A stretch of 60,030 nucleotides of DNA from Escherichia coli (GTDB taxonomy: Bacteria > Pseudomonadota > Gammaproteobacteria > Enterobacterales > Enterobacteriaceae). The stretch's first letter is position 1. Each line of letters opens with the position of its first letter. Below, one piece after another: positions 1-11,131 of the stretch. The DNA lies in the NCBI RefSeq assembly GCF_003334405.1, contig NZ_QOWM01000020.1. The stretch is one strand, 5' to 3'. Position numbers and translations under genes: made by a program. A model generated the notes under the pieces. The model saw nothing but the letters and a program-made list of their open reading frames with translations. It had not been told where the DNA came from and made no database searches.

Positions 1-898
1 GTGGCTTGCGCAGTGCGGGCTGACGGTGGAGCAACTGGCCAGACAGGTGGAGCCGGAATACACACCGGCGCGAAAAGCTCATCTTTATCACTGCGACCAC
101 CGGGGACTGCCGCTGGCGCTTATCAGCGAAGACGGCAATACGGCGTGGAGCGCGGAATATGATGAATGGGGCAACCAGCTTAATGAGGAGAACCCGCATC
201 ATGTGTATCAGCCGTACCGTCTGCCAGGGCAGCAGCATGATGAGGAATCAGGGCTGTACTATAACCGTCACCGGTACTACGATCCGTTGCAGGGGCGGTA
301 TATTACTCAGGACCCGATGGGGTTGAAAGGGGGATGGAATTTATATCAGTATCCTTTAAATCCACTACAACAAATTGACCCTATGGGATTATTGCAGACT
401 TGGGATGATGCCAGATCTGGAGCATGTACGGGGGGAGTTTGTGGTGTTCTTTCACGTATAATAGGACCAAGTAAATTTGATAGTACTGCAGATGCTGCGT
501 TAGATGCTTTGAAAGAAACGCAGAATAGATCTCTATGTAATGATATGGAATACTCTGGTATTGTCTGTAAAGATACTAATGGAAAATATTTTGCATCTAA
601 GGCAGAAACTGATAATTTAAGAAAGGAGTCATATCCTCTGAAAAGAAAATGTCCCACAGGTACAGATAGAGTTGCTGCTTATCATACTCACGGTGCAGAT
701 AGTCATGGCGATTATGTTGATGAATTTTTTTCAAGTAGCGATAAAAATCTTGTAAGAAGTAAAGATAATAATCTTGAAGCATTTTATCTCGCAACACCTG
801 ATGGACGATTTGAGGCGCTTAATAATAAAGGAGAATATATTTTTATCAGAAATAGTGTCCCGGGATTGAGTTCAGTATGCATACCGTATCATGATTAA
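1..898 (+). CDS. rhsD: Rhs-family protein, 3' portion (gene continues upstream of window): conserved Rhs core end followed by a ~168-aa variable C-terminal toxin domain
   Basis: Frame is open to base 1. Translation carries the conserved Rhs core-end block ([13 protein letters not shown]...[13 protein letters not shown], PxxxxDPxGL hallmark) then unrelated tip sequence. Locus assignment to rhsD is by synteny with ybbC/selU/allS. Confidence 0.75.
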   Translation, partial: WLAQCGLTVEQLARQVEPEYTPARKAHLYHCDHRGLPLALISEDGNTAWSAEYDEWGNQLNEENPHHVYQPYRLPGQQHDEESGLYYNRHRYYDPLQGRYITQDPMGLKGGWNLYQYPLNPLQQIDPMGLLQTWDDARSGACTGGVCGVLSRIIGPSKFDSTADAALDALKETQNRSLCNDMEYSGIVCKDTNGKYFASKAETDNLRKESYPLKRKCPTGTDRVAAYHTHGADSHGDYVDEFFSSSDKNLVRSKDNNLEAFYLATPDGRFEALNNKGEYIFIRNSVPGLSSVCIPYHD

Positions 899-937
899 TT
901 TTAGTGCTTTTATTAGTGGGGCCTATAAGGAGATTCA

Positions 938-1306
938 ATGAAATATAGTTCAATATTTTCGATGCTTTCATTTTTTATACTATTTGCCTGTAATGAGACA
1001 GCTGTTTACGGTTCTGATGAAAACATTATTTTTATGAGGTATGTGGAAAAATTACATTTAGATAAATACTCTGTTAAAAATACGGTAAAAACTGAAACAA
1101 TGGCGATACAATTAGCTGAAATATATGTTAGGTATCGCTATGGCGAACGGATTGCAGAAGAAGAAAAACCATATTTAATTACGGAACAACCAGATAGTTG
1201 GGTTGTTGAGGGAGCAAAGTTACCTTATGAAGTTGCGGGTGGTGTATTTATTATAGAAATTAATAAGAAAAATGGATGTGTTTTGAATTTCCTACATAGT
1301 AAATAA
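938..1306 (+). CDS. ybbC: Rhs-associated immunity protein (YbbC-like), 122 aa, N-terminal signal-peptide-like segment
   Basis: Small ORF immediately 3' of the Rhs tip, the typical toxin-immunity arrangement; hydrophobic N-terminus [10 protein letters not shown]. Confidence 0.65.
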   Translation: MKYSSIFSMLSFFILFACNETAVYGSDENIIFMRYVEKLHLDKYSVKNTVKTETMAIQLAEIYVRYRYGERIAEEEKPYLITEQPDSWVVEGAKLPYEVAGGVFIIEINKKNGCVLNFLHSK

Positions 1307-2016
1307 TGCTGGCGCTGATGGATGCGGATGGAAACATTGCGTGGAGCGGGGAGTATGATGAGTGGGGCAACCAGCTGAATGAAGAGAACCCGCATCACCT
1401 GCACCAGCCGTACCGGCTGCCGGGGCAGCAGTATGATAAGGAGTCGGGGCTGTACTACAACCGGAACCGGTACTACGATCCGTTGCAGGGGCGGTATATC
1501 ACTCAGGACCCGATAGGGCTGGAGGGGGGATGGAGTCTGTATGCGTATCCGCTGAATCCGGTGAATGGTATTGATCCATTAGGGTTAAGTCCCGCAGATG
1601 TAGCGCTAATAAGAAGAAAAGATCAACTAAACCATCAAAGAGCATGGGATATATTATCTGATACTTATGAAGATATGAAGAGATTAAATTTAGGTGGGAC
1701 TGATCAATTTTTCCATTGTATGGCATTTTGTCGAGTGTCTAAATTAAATGACGCTGGTGTTAGCCGATCGGCGAAAGGGCTGGGTTATGAAAAAGAGATT
1801 AGAGATTACGGGTTAAATCTGTTCGGTATGTACGGCAGAAAAGTAAAGCTATCCCATTCTGAAATGATTGAAGATAATAAAAAAGACTTGGCTGTAAATG
1901 ACCATGGGTTGACATGTCCATCAACAACAGATTGCTCAGATAGATGTAGTGATTATATTAATCCAGAGCATAAAAAAACGATAAAGGCTTTACAAGATGC
2001 TGGCTATCTCAAGTAA
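1306..2016 (+). CDS. Orphan Rhs C-terminal fragment (YlbH-like): Rhs core-end remnant plus a different ~142-aa toxin tip
   Basis: Repeats the Rhs core-end block ([14 protein letters not shown]...[13 protein letters not shown]...[13 protein letters not shown]) at ~85% nucleotide identity to 128-360, then diverges. ATG overlaps the ybbC stop. Confidence 0.7.
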   Translation: MLALMDADGNIAWSGEYDEWGNQLNEENPHHLHQPYRLPGQQYDKESGLYYNRNRYYDPLQGRYITQDPIGLEGGWSLYAYPLNPVNGIDPLGLSPADVALIRRKDQLNHQRAWDILSDTYEDMKRLNLGGTDQFFHCMAFCRVSKLNDAGVSRSAKGLGYEKEIRDYGLNLFGMYGRKVKLSHSEMIEDNKKDLAVNDHGLTCPSTTDCSDRCSDYINPEHKKTIKALQDAGYLK

Positions 2017-2026
2017 TCTATCAAAG

Positions 2027-2257
2027 ATGATAATATTTATTTTTGCTATTATAATCATTGTTGTTTTATGCGTAATTACTTATCTTTATTTATACAAAGA
2101 TGAATCTCTTGTAAGTAAACATTACATAAACTATATGGCAATACCAGAAAATGATGGAGTTTTTACATGGCTCCCAGATTTTTTTCCGCACGTAGCGGTG
2201 GATATATCAATATACACAAATGTAGAAGATGATTATTTTTTTCTTATTTTTCCCTAA
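2027..2257 (+). CDS. Putative immunity protein for the orphan Rhs tip (YbbD-like), small membrane protein
   Basis: ORF directly after the orphan tip; strongly hydrophobic N-terminus (MIIFIFAIIIIVVLCVITYLYLY). Alternative start at 1997. Confidence 0.5.
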   Translation: MIIFIFAIIIIVVLCVITYLYLYKDESLVSKHYINYMAIPENDGVFTWLPDFFPHVAVDISIYTNVEDDYFFLIFP

Positions 2258-2289
2258 CAAATGATGATGGGGGTAGGTTTAAGAAAACA

Positions 2290-2487
2290 TTGACAGTGAG
2301 GGCCAGGGAACAAGTGGCGAAAATCGTATCAAAGAATGATCCAGATACAAAAAAAGTGTGGTGTAAATATGGTAAGATACCAGGGCAAGGGGATGGTGTA
2401 AACCTTTTTTTTGTTGGTGAAATTAATGTTACGCATTATTTTATAACAAATATTGGAGCTGGATTGCCTGATGCTTGTGCAGAGTAA
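2290..2487 (+). CDS. Hypothetical small protein (65 aa), possibly a remnant of another immunity/orphan cassette
   Basis: ORF only; AT-rich Rhs-accessory context; no recognisable motif. Confidence 0.2.
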   Translation: MTVRAREQVAKIVSKNDPDTKKVWCKYGKIPGQGDGVNLFFVGEINVTHYFITNIGAGLPDACAE

Positions 2488-3001
2488 TTGCTTGAATTAA
2501 GAGTCTATCCCATATCGAAGTCGTCAACTTCGTAGTGAGGAAAAGTAAAATTCCTGACTGAGAAAAGACATGTCGGCTATTGTGTAAAGCCATATAGCTC
2601 AGACGATGAATATCTACTCGTATTCAGTTGTTTATTGAGGGTGAGTTCCGACCCTGAAACAACAAATAAAATGAACAGTCAGAGAGTTTACATAGAATTG
2701 CACTGGTCTTTTACGATATCTGACATTGTGTAATACATATTCAGCCATGCATTAATTAAAATGTTACGTGTTTAATGTGAGTCCCTATCTGAAAATAAAT
2801 AATCCTTCCGGATTAAAATAAATTCTTGCCGGGAAAGAAAGAGGAAATAAACCATTAGCGGAAAACCAGCGGCACGCCAGGGTGACATGCCCCAGTACGG
2901 CGGCCCGATAGTCCAGGGTTCAGCGGGGGTACTGATAGTCGCGCCGACTGCATCGAGAACTCCATACAACTTTTTACGGAACGTCACCTGATAAAATTTG
3001 T

Positions 3002-3409
3002 TCAGTATCGTCTTTTGAGATTCTCAAGGTTATGGAGTAACCAGACAGAACGGACACCACTGTCGGAGATAAAAACCCCCTGTTTACGCAGCTCGTTGCT
3101 GGCCCGGTGCTGACCATGTGTCGGGAAAGCGACGGCGTAATCAACAACAGCCTGTTCAGTTGCCTCATCGGTACGGTTCTTAAGGTTAGGAGCGCGGCGA
3201 CTACGATTAATCTGCGCATCCACACCGCCTTCAGCGACCAGTTCGCGGTAACGATAAAACGTATCACGCGAAACGCCCATGATTTTACAGGCTTTTGATA
3301 CGTTGCTGAGTTCTTCAGCCAGATTGAGCAAACCGGCTTTGTGTTTGATGACGGGATTGGCAGTATGAAGCATGAGAGTTACCTCTTGTTTTGGATAAGG
3401 ATTCGACAC
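3002..3409 (-). pseudogene. ylbG: Truncated transposase-like HTH protein fragment (YlbG-like), degenerate IS remnant
   Basis: 135-aa ORF with an N-terminal HTH resembling transposase N-termini (GVSRDTFYRYRELVAEGGVDA ... ELRKQGVFISDSGVRSVW); the reading frame breaks and continues in other frames (2772-3267), with no intact catalytic domain. Confidence 0.5.
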
Positions 3410-3488
3410 TCATATCAAAACCGGTAACTCTCAACCTTTCAAGGCCATGTGTCAGATCAAGTCGCGACTAATACAAATACGTCCCTCA

Positions 3489-4598
<1,110 letters not shown>

Positions 4599-4651
4599 TC
4601 AAATCAGCTTGCGCGCTATTTTACGCGCCAACGCGCAAGGAAACTTGATTT

Positions 4652-5578
4652 TTAACTGCGTGGGTTGCCGAAAATTTCTAAAAATCCGCTGATTTCCGGC
4701 CTGCGCTGGGTAAACAAGGTCACAATATCTTCTACCGCTTTGCCGCTGCCAAATTTGCGCCATGCCAGACTCAATGGCGAAGGAGGGCGCATCGTTGGGA
4801 TTACCCGGCTGACCAGTTGTTGATTATCGATCATTGACTGGCAAAGCGATTTTGGCAAAAAACCAATGCCAACGCCCGCCAGATGGGCGGCGATTTTCGT
4901 TTCCATATCGGGAACAATAATCTCTTTTTGCCCTGGCAATCGCCAGGCGACGCGTTTGGTTAAGGTGCGGGCGCTGTCTTCAATATTGACCGCCGGAAAG
5001 CGCCGCAACTGCGCTTCTGTTAGCGGCTCTTCAACGTTCGCCAGCGGATGATCCGCCGCCATGACAAAGCGCCATTGCACCGATCCTAAGGGATCAAGAC
5101 TAAAGGTATTTGCCAGCGCCTCAGTTCCCGTGACGCCGATAGCCAGCGAAAAACCTTCGTACAATAGCGAGTCCCAGACGCCCATATAGATTTGTCGGGA
5201 GATGTGAAACTGGGTAAAGGGGTAACGCTCATTCAGCCACGCCAGCAACTGGGCGACGGCCTGGGGGTTGTAGAGCAGGTTGTTGATGACAATATTCACC
5301 TGGCGTTCCACGCCATCATTCACCTGTTGCAGCTCGCTTGGCATACTTTCCAGCCAGCTCAGCCAGTCTCTGGCCTGGGAAAGTAGATGCTCGCCAGCCG
5401 CTGTCAACGTCACGCTGCGAGTCGTACGGAAAAACAGCGCTACTCCGGTATTCTCTTCCAGAAGTTTAATGCGATAACTGATCGTCGCCGTGGTTTTACA
5501 TAATCGTTCTGCCGCTTTTGAAAAACTTCCTGTTTCAGCAACCGCAATGAAAGTCCGCAAGGTTTCTGGATCGAACAT
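4652..5578 (-). CDS. allS: LysR-family transcriptional activator of allD
   Basis: 308 aa; N-terminal LysR HTH ([33 protein letters not shown]); divergent to allA. Confidence 0.9.
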
Positions 5579-5685
5579 CTTCAGGTATCCCCTTTTAAAT
5601 CCGCAAGTTGCGTGATTTTCTTATCCTCTGATTTATCAGTATTTTTACATGATAACCCTGTTCAATTTGTGGACTAAATCTAGTT

Positions 5686-5702
5686 TTGGAAAAATATTCC
5701 AA
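5686..5702. promoter_or_regulatory. Candidate AllR operator in the allS-allA intergenic region
   Basis: Near-perfect palindrome TTGGAAAAATATTCCAA; a paralogous palindrome lies upstream of gcl. Confidence 0.55.
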
Positions 5703-5807
5703 CTTTTGTATTGATGTTGTTCTCTTAAGGTTTTAGATTGCCTGTTATTGAAACCAAGCTGACCGGTCGGCGGTGGTTGAACGGAATTATGTTACAAGGA
5801 CAAAAAG

Positions 5808-6290
5808 ATGAAACTTCAGGTATTACCGTTAAGTCAGGAAGCCTTTAGTGCTTATGGCGACGTAATCGAAACGCAGCAACGGGATTTTTTCCATATTAAC
5901 AATGGCCTGGTGGAGCGTTACCACGATTTGGCGCTGGTTGAGATTCTTGAGCAAGACCGTACGCTTATCAGCATTAACCGCGCGCAACCGGCGAATCTGC
6001 CGCTGACCATTCACGAACTCGAACGTCATCCGCTGGGTACTCAGGCCTTTATCCCGATGAAAGGTGAGGTGTTTGTGGTGGTCGTGGCGTTAGGTGACGA
6101 CAAACCAGACCTGTCAACGCTGCGGGCGTTTATCACCAACGGCGAACAGGGAGTGAATTACCATCGTAACGTCTGGCATCACCCACTTTTCGCCTGGCAG
6201 CGCGTCACCGATTTTCTGACCATCGATCGCGGCGGCAGTGACAACTGTGATGTTGAAAGTATTCCTGAACAGGAACTCTGTTTTGCGTGA
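5808..6290 (+). CDS. allA: Ureidoglycolate lyase
   Basis: 160 aa; synteny between allS and allR. Confidence 0.9.
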
Positions 6291-6367
6291 CGCCTGCAAC
6301 CGACTTGCATAAGATAAACTAATTGTTCATTGTTTATGCTCACTTGTAGGTCGGAGTTAACGTAGGT

Positions 6368-7183
6368 ATGACGGAAGTTAGACGGCGCGGCAGGCCAGGA
6401 CAGGCGGAGCCTGTGGCACAGAAGGGCGCACAGGCGTTAGAGCGGGGAATTGCGATTCTGCAATATTTGGAAAAAAGTGGGGGAAGTTCGTCGGTTAGCG
6501 ATATTTCTCTCAATCTGGATTTGCCGCTCTCCACGACCTTTCGCTTGCTGAAGGTTTTACAGGCAGCGGATTTTGTCTATCAGGACAGTCAATTAGGCTG
6601 GTGGCATATAGGATTAGGTGTCTTTAACGTCGGTGCGGCGTACATCCATAACCGCGATGTCCTCTCCGTCGCCGGGCCGTTTATGCGCCGCCTGATGTTA
6701 CTTTCCGGCGAAACGGTCAATGTCGCGATCCGTAACGGCAATGAAGCGGTATTAATTGGTCAGTTAGAGTGTAAATCGATGGTCAGGATGTGTGCGCCAC
6801 TGGGCAGTCGTCTGCCACTGCATGCTTCCGGTGCGGGCAAAGCGCTGCTTTATCCGCTGGCGGAAGAGGAGTTGATGAGCATCATTCTGCAAACCGGTTT
6901 GCAGCAGTTTACGCCAACTACGCTTGTGGATATGCCCACCTTGCTGAAGGACCTGGAACAAGCGCGTGAACTGGGCTATACCGTAGATAAAGAAGAGCAT
7001 GTTGTAGGTCTGAATTGCATAGCTTCAGCAATTTACGATGATGTCGGTAGTGTTGTTGCCGCTATCTCCATCTCCGGGCCTTCATCAAGACTGACAGAAG
7101 ATCGTTTTGTCAGTCAGGGTGAGCTGGTCAGAGACACCGCCCGCGATATCAGCACGGCGTTGGGACTGAAAGCACATCCATAA
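6368..7183 (+). CDS. allR: IclR-family repressor of the allantoin regulon
   Basis: 271 aa; IclR-type N-terminal HTH and C-terminal effector domain. Confidence 0.9.
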
Positions 7184-7195
7184 TGTCTGTCGCAT

Positions 7196-7220
7196 CCCGC
7201 TCTGCGGAGCGGGTTTTTTT
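7196..7220 (+). terminator. Rho-independent terminator after allR
   Basis: GC stem CCCGCTC-tgcg-GAGCGGG followed by a run of seven T. Confidence 0.6.
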
Positions 7221-7235
7221 GACAAAATTTGAAAG

Positions 7236-7252
7236 TTGGAAAAATTTTCCAA
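7236..7252. promoter_or_regulatory. Candidate AllR operator in the gcl promoter
   Basis: Perfect palindrome TTGGAAAAATTTTCCAA about 20 bp upstream of the gcl start. Confidence 0.6.
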
Positions 7253-7272
7253 TAAATAGAGGTAGGAATAAA

Positions 7273-9054
7273 ATGGCAAAAATGAGAGCCGTTGACGCGG
7301 CAATGTATGTGCTGGAGAAAGAAGGTATCACTACCGCCTTCGGTGTTCCGGGAGCTGCAATCAATCCGTTCTACTCAGCGATGCGTAAGCACGGCGGTAT
7401 TCGTCACATTCTGGCGCGTCATGTGGAAGGTGCTTCGCACATGGCGGAAGGTTATACCCGCGCAACGGCAGGGAATATCGGCGTATGTCTGGGGACTTCC
7501 GGTCCTGCGGGCACGGACATGATCACCGCGCTCTATTCCGCTTCTGCTGATTCCATTCCTATTCTGTGCATTACCGGCCAGGCACCGCGCGCCCGTCTGC
7601 ATAAAGAAGATTTTCAGGCCGTAGATATTGAAGCAATTGCTAAACCGGTCAGCAAAATGGCGGTTACAGTTCGTGAAGCGGCGCTGGTGCCTCGCGTGCT
7701 GCAACAGGCATTTCACCTGATGCGTTCTGGTCGTCCGGGTCCGGTACTGGTGGATTTACCGTTCGACGTTCAGGTTGCGGAAATCGAGTTTGATCCTGAC
7801 ATGTACGAACCGCTGCCGGTCTACAAACCTGCTGCCAGCCGTATGCAGATCGAAAAAGCTGTAGAAATGTTAATCCAGGCCGAACGTCCGGTGATTGTTG
7901 CCGGGGGCGGGGTAATTAATGCTGACGCAGCTGCACTGTTACAACAGTTTGCTGAACTGACCAGCGTTCCGGTGATCCCAACGCTAATGGGCTGGGGCTG
8001 TATCCCGGACGATCATGAACTGATGGCCGGGATGGTGGGTCTGCAAACCGCGCATCGTTACGGTAACGCAACGCTGCTGGCGTCTGACATGGTGTTTGGT
8101 ATCGGTAACCGTTTTGCTAACCGTCATACCGGCTCGGTAGAGAAATACACCGAAGGGCGCAAAATCGTTCATATTGATATTGAGCCGACGCAAATTGGTC
8201 GCGTGCTGTGTCCGGATCTCGGTATTGTCTCTGATGCTAAAGCGGCGCTGACACTGCTGGTTGAAGTGGCGCAGGAGATGCAAAAAGCGGGTCGTCTGCC
8301 GTGTCGTAAAGAATGGGTCGCCGACTGCCAGCAGCGTAAACGCACTTTGCTGCGCAAAACCCACTTCGACAACGTGCCGGTGAAACCGCAGCGCGTGTAT
8401 GAAGAGATGAACAAAGCCTTTGGTCGCGATGTTTGTTATGTCACCACCATTGGTCTGTCACAAATCGCTGCGGCACAAATGCTGCATGTCTTTAAAGACC
8501 GCCACTGGATCAACTGTGGTCAGGCTGGTCCGTTAGGCTGGACGATTCCGGCTGCGCTAGGGGTTTGTGCCGCTGATCCGAAACGCAATGTGGTGGCGAT
8601 TTCTGGCGACTTTGACTTCCAGTTCCTGATTGAAGAGTTAGCTGTTGGCGCGCAGTTCAACATTCCGTACATCCATGTGCTGGTCAACAACGCTTATCTG
8701 GGGCTGATTCGTCAGTCACAACGCGCTTTTGACATGGACTACTGCGTGCAACTCGCTTTCGAGAATATCAACTCCAGTGAAGTGAATGGCTACGGTGTTG
8801 ACCACGTAAAAGTAGCGGAAGGTTTAGGTTGTAAAGCTATTCGGGTCTTCAAACCGGAAGATATTGCGCCAGCCTTTGAACAGGCGAAAGCCTTAATGGC
8901 GCAATATCGGGTACCGGTAGTCGTGGAAGTTATTCTCGAGCGTGTGACCAATATTTCGATGGGCAGCGAACTGGATAACGTCATGGAATTTGAAGATATC
9001 GCCGATAACGCAGCGGACGCACCGACTGAAACCTGCTTCATGCACTATGAATAA
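7273..9054 (+). CDS. gcl: Glyoxylate carboligase (tartronate-semialdehyde synthase), ThDP enzyme
   Basis: 593 aa from ATG 7273 ([19 protein letters not shown]); the track ORF starts 30 codons upstream, inside the terminator/operator region. Confidence 0.9.
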
Positions 9055-9066
9055 GGGAGATAAATA

Positions 9067-9843
9067 ATGTTACGTTTCTCTGCTAATTTATCGATGTTAT
9101 TTGGAGAATATGATTTTCTCGCCCGTTTTGAGAAAGCTGCGCAGTGTGGTTTTCGCGGCGTTGAATTTATGTTTCCTTATGACTACGACATTGAAGAATT
9201 AAAACATGTGCTGGCGAGTAATAAACTCGAACATACGCTGCACAATTTACCGGCGGGTGACTGGGCGGCGGGGGAGCGCGGTATTGCCTGTATTCCTGGC
9301 CGTGAAGAAGAGTTTCGGGATGGCGTAGCAGCAGCGATTCGTTATGCCCGTGCGCTGGGTAATAAAAAAATTAACTGTCTGGTCGGTAAAACGCCGGCTG
9401 GTTTCAGCAGTGAACAGATTCACGCAACGCTTGTAGAAAACCTGCGTTATGCCGCGAATATGCTGATGAAAGAAGATATTTTATTACTGATTGAACCTAT
9501 TAACCATTTTGATATTCCTGGTTTCCATCTCACCGGAACTCGGCAGGCGCTGAAATTGATTGATGATGTTGGTTGCTGCAATTTGAAAATTCAGTATGAC
9601 ATTTATCATATGCAGCGGATGGAAGGTGAATTAACCAACACCATGACTCAGTGGGCTGATAAAATTGGTCACCTGCAAATTGCCGATAATCCGCATCGCG
9701 GCGAACCGGGAACCGGAGAAATTAATTATGATTATCTCTTTAAGGTAATCGAAAATTCTGACTACAACGGTTGGGTTGGGTGTGAATATAAACCCCAAAC
9801 CACCACGGAAGCCGGTTTACGCTGGATGGATCCGTACCGTTAA
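9067..9843 (+). CDS. hyi: Hydroxypyruvate isomerase
   Basis: 258 aa; TIM-barrel xylose-isomerase-like; synteny. Confidence 0.9.
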   Translation: MLRFSANLSMLFGEYDFLARFEKAAQCGFRGVEFMFPYDYDIEELKHVLASNKLEHTLHNLPAGDWAAGERGIACIPGREEEFRDGVAAAIRYARALGNKKINCLVGKTPAGFSSEQIHATLVENLRYAANMLMKEDILLLIEPINHFDIPGFHLTGTRQALKLIDDVGCCNLKIQYDIYHMQRMEGELTNTMTQWADKIGHLQIADNPHRGEPGTGEINYDYLFKVIENSDYNGWVGCEYKPQTTTEAGLRWMDPYR

Positions 9844-9942
9844 AACGTAACGCTATTCAGACAATGCTTTTTTAGGCCGCTAAGTTGGCAGGGGATCGTG
9901 TTGTCTGAATTCAGGAAAAGCGAAATTTAAAAGAGGTTAATT

Positions 9943-10821
9943 ATGAAACTGGGATTTATTGGCTTAGGCATTATGGGTACACCGATGGCCATTAATCTGG
10001 CGCGTGCCGGTCATCAATTACATGTCACGACCATTGGACCGGTTGCTGATGAATTACTGTCACTGGGTGCCGTCAGTGTTGAAACTGCTCGCCAGGTAAC
10101 GGAAGCATCGGACATCATTTTTATTATGGTGCCGGACACACCTCAGGTTGAAGAAGTTCTGTTCGGTGAAAATGGTTGTACCAAAGCCTCGCTGAAGGGC
10201 AAAACCATTGTTGATATGAGCTCCATTTCCCCGATTGAAACTAAGCGTTTCGCTCGTCAGGTGAATGAACTGGGCGGCGATTATCTCGATGCGCCAGTCT
10301 CCGGCGGTGAAATCGGTGCGCGTGAAGGGACGTTGTCGATTATGGTTGGCGGTGATGAAGCGGTATTTGAACGTGTTAAACCGCTGTTTGAACTGCTCGG
10401 TAAAAATATCACCCTCGTGGGCGGTAACGGCGATGGTCAAACCTGCAAAGTGGCAAATCAGATTATCGTGGCGCTCAATATTGAAGCGGTTTCTGAAGCC
10501 CTGCTATTTGCTTCAAAAGCCGGTGCGGACCCGGTACGTGTGCGCCAGGCGCTGATGGGCGGCTTTGCTTCCTCACGTATTCTGGAAGTTCATGGCGAGC
10601 GTATGATTAAACGCACCTTTAATCCGGGCTTCAAAATCGCTCTGCACCAGAAAGATCTCAACCTGGCACTGCAAAGTGCGAAAGCACTTGCGCTGAACCT
10701 GCCAAACACTGCGACCTGCCAGGAGTTATTTAATACCTGTGCGGCAAACGGTGGCAGCCAGTTGGATCACTCTGCGTTAGTGCAGGCGCTGGAATTAATG
10801 GCTAACCATAAACTGGCCTGA
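9943..10821 (+). CDS. glxR: Tartronate semialdehyde reductase
   Basis: 292 aa; Rossmann motif GLGIMGTPMA; synteny. Confidence 0.9.
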   Translation: MKLGFIGLGIMGTPMAINLARAGHQLHVTTIGPVADELLSLGAVSVETARQVTEASDIIFIMVPDTPQVEEVLFGENGCTKASLKGKTIVDMSSISPIETKRFARQVNELGGDYLDAPVSGGEIGAREGTLSIMVGGDEAVFERVKPLFELLGKNITLVGGNGDGQTCKVANQIIVALNIEAVSEALLFASKAGADPVRVRQALMGGFASSRILEVHGERMIKRTFNPGFKIALHQKDLNLALQSAKALALNLPNTATCQELFNTCAANGGSQLDHSALVQALELMANHKLA

Positions 10822-10852
10822 TACCCGCAATAAAAATGGCCGATATCAGAAA

Positions 10853-11131
10853 ATGAATCGGCCAGCAATATTAAAAAAGAAAGCAGCCAAAGATGTTGCT
10901 TCAGTATTAAAAATAATATTTTTATTTTATTTGTTCCTCATAGCTAGATTAAAACAACGTTATTCGATACGTGAAATTAAGAGGGATTTATGGAACATCA
11001 GAGAAAACTATTCCAGCAACGCGGCTATAGCGAAGATCTATTGCCGAAAACGCAAAGCCAGCGGACCTGGAAAACATTTAACTATTTTACCTTATGGATG
11101 GGTTCGGTTCATAACGTTCCCAATTATGTGA
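10853..11131 (+). CDS. ybbV: Small ORF upstream of and overlapping the permease start (YbbV-like, 92 aa)
   Basis: ORF only; overlaps the ybbW start in another frame, so it may be non-coding leader. Confidence 0.25.
   Translation: MNRPAILKKKAAKDVASVLKIIFLFYLFLIARLKQRYSIREIKRDLWNIRENYSSNAAIAKIYCRKRKASGPGKHLTILPYGWVRFITFPIM

Noticed and set aside
346-797. Minus-strand ORFs (103 and 66 aa) inside the Rhs tip
   Set aside because: Antisense to the Rhs C-terminal domain in AT-rich DNA with no supporting signals; most likely chance ORFs.
7183-7272. N-terminal 30-codon extension of gcl given by the ORF track
   Set aside because: The extension runs through the allR terminator hairpin and the AllR operator palindrome; the ATG at 7273 gives the expected MAKMRAV N-terminus.
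9855-9909. Inverted repeat ATTCAGACAA ... TTGTCTGAAT between hyi and glxR
   Set aside because: Could be a terminator or attenuator stem, but the arms are ~35 bp apart with no T-run; too weak to call a feature.
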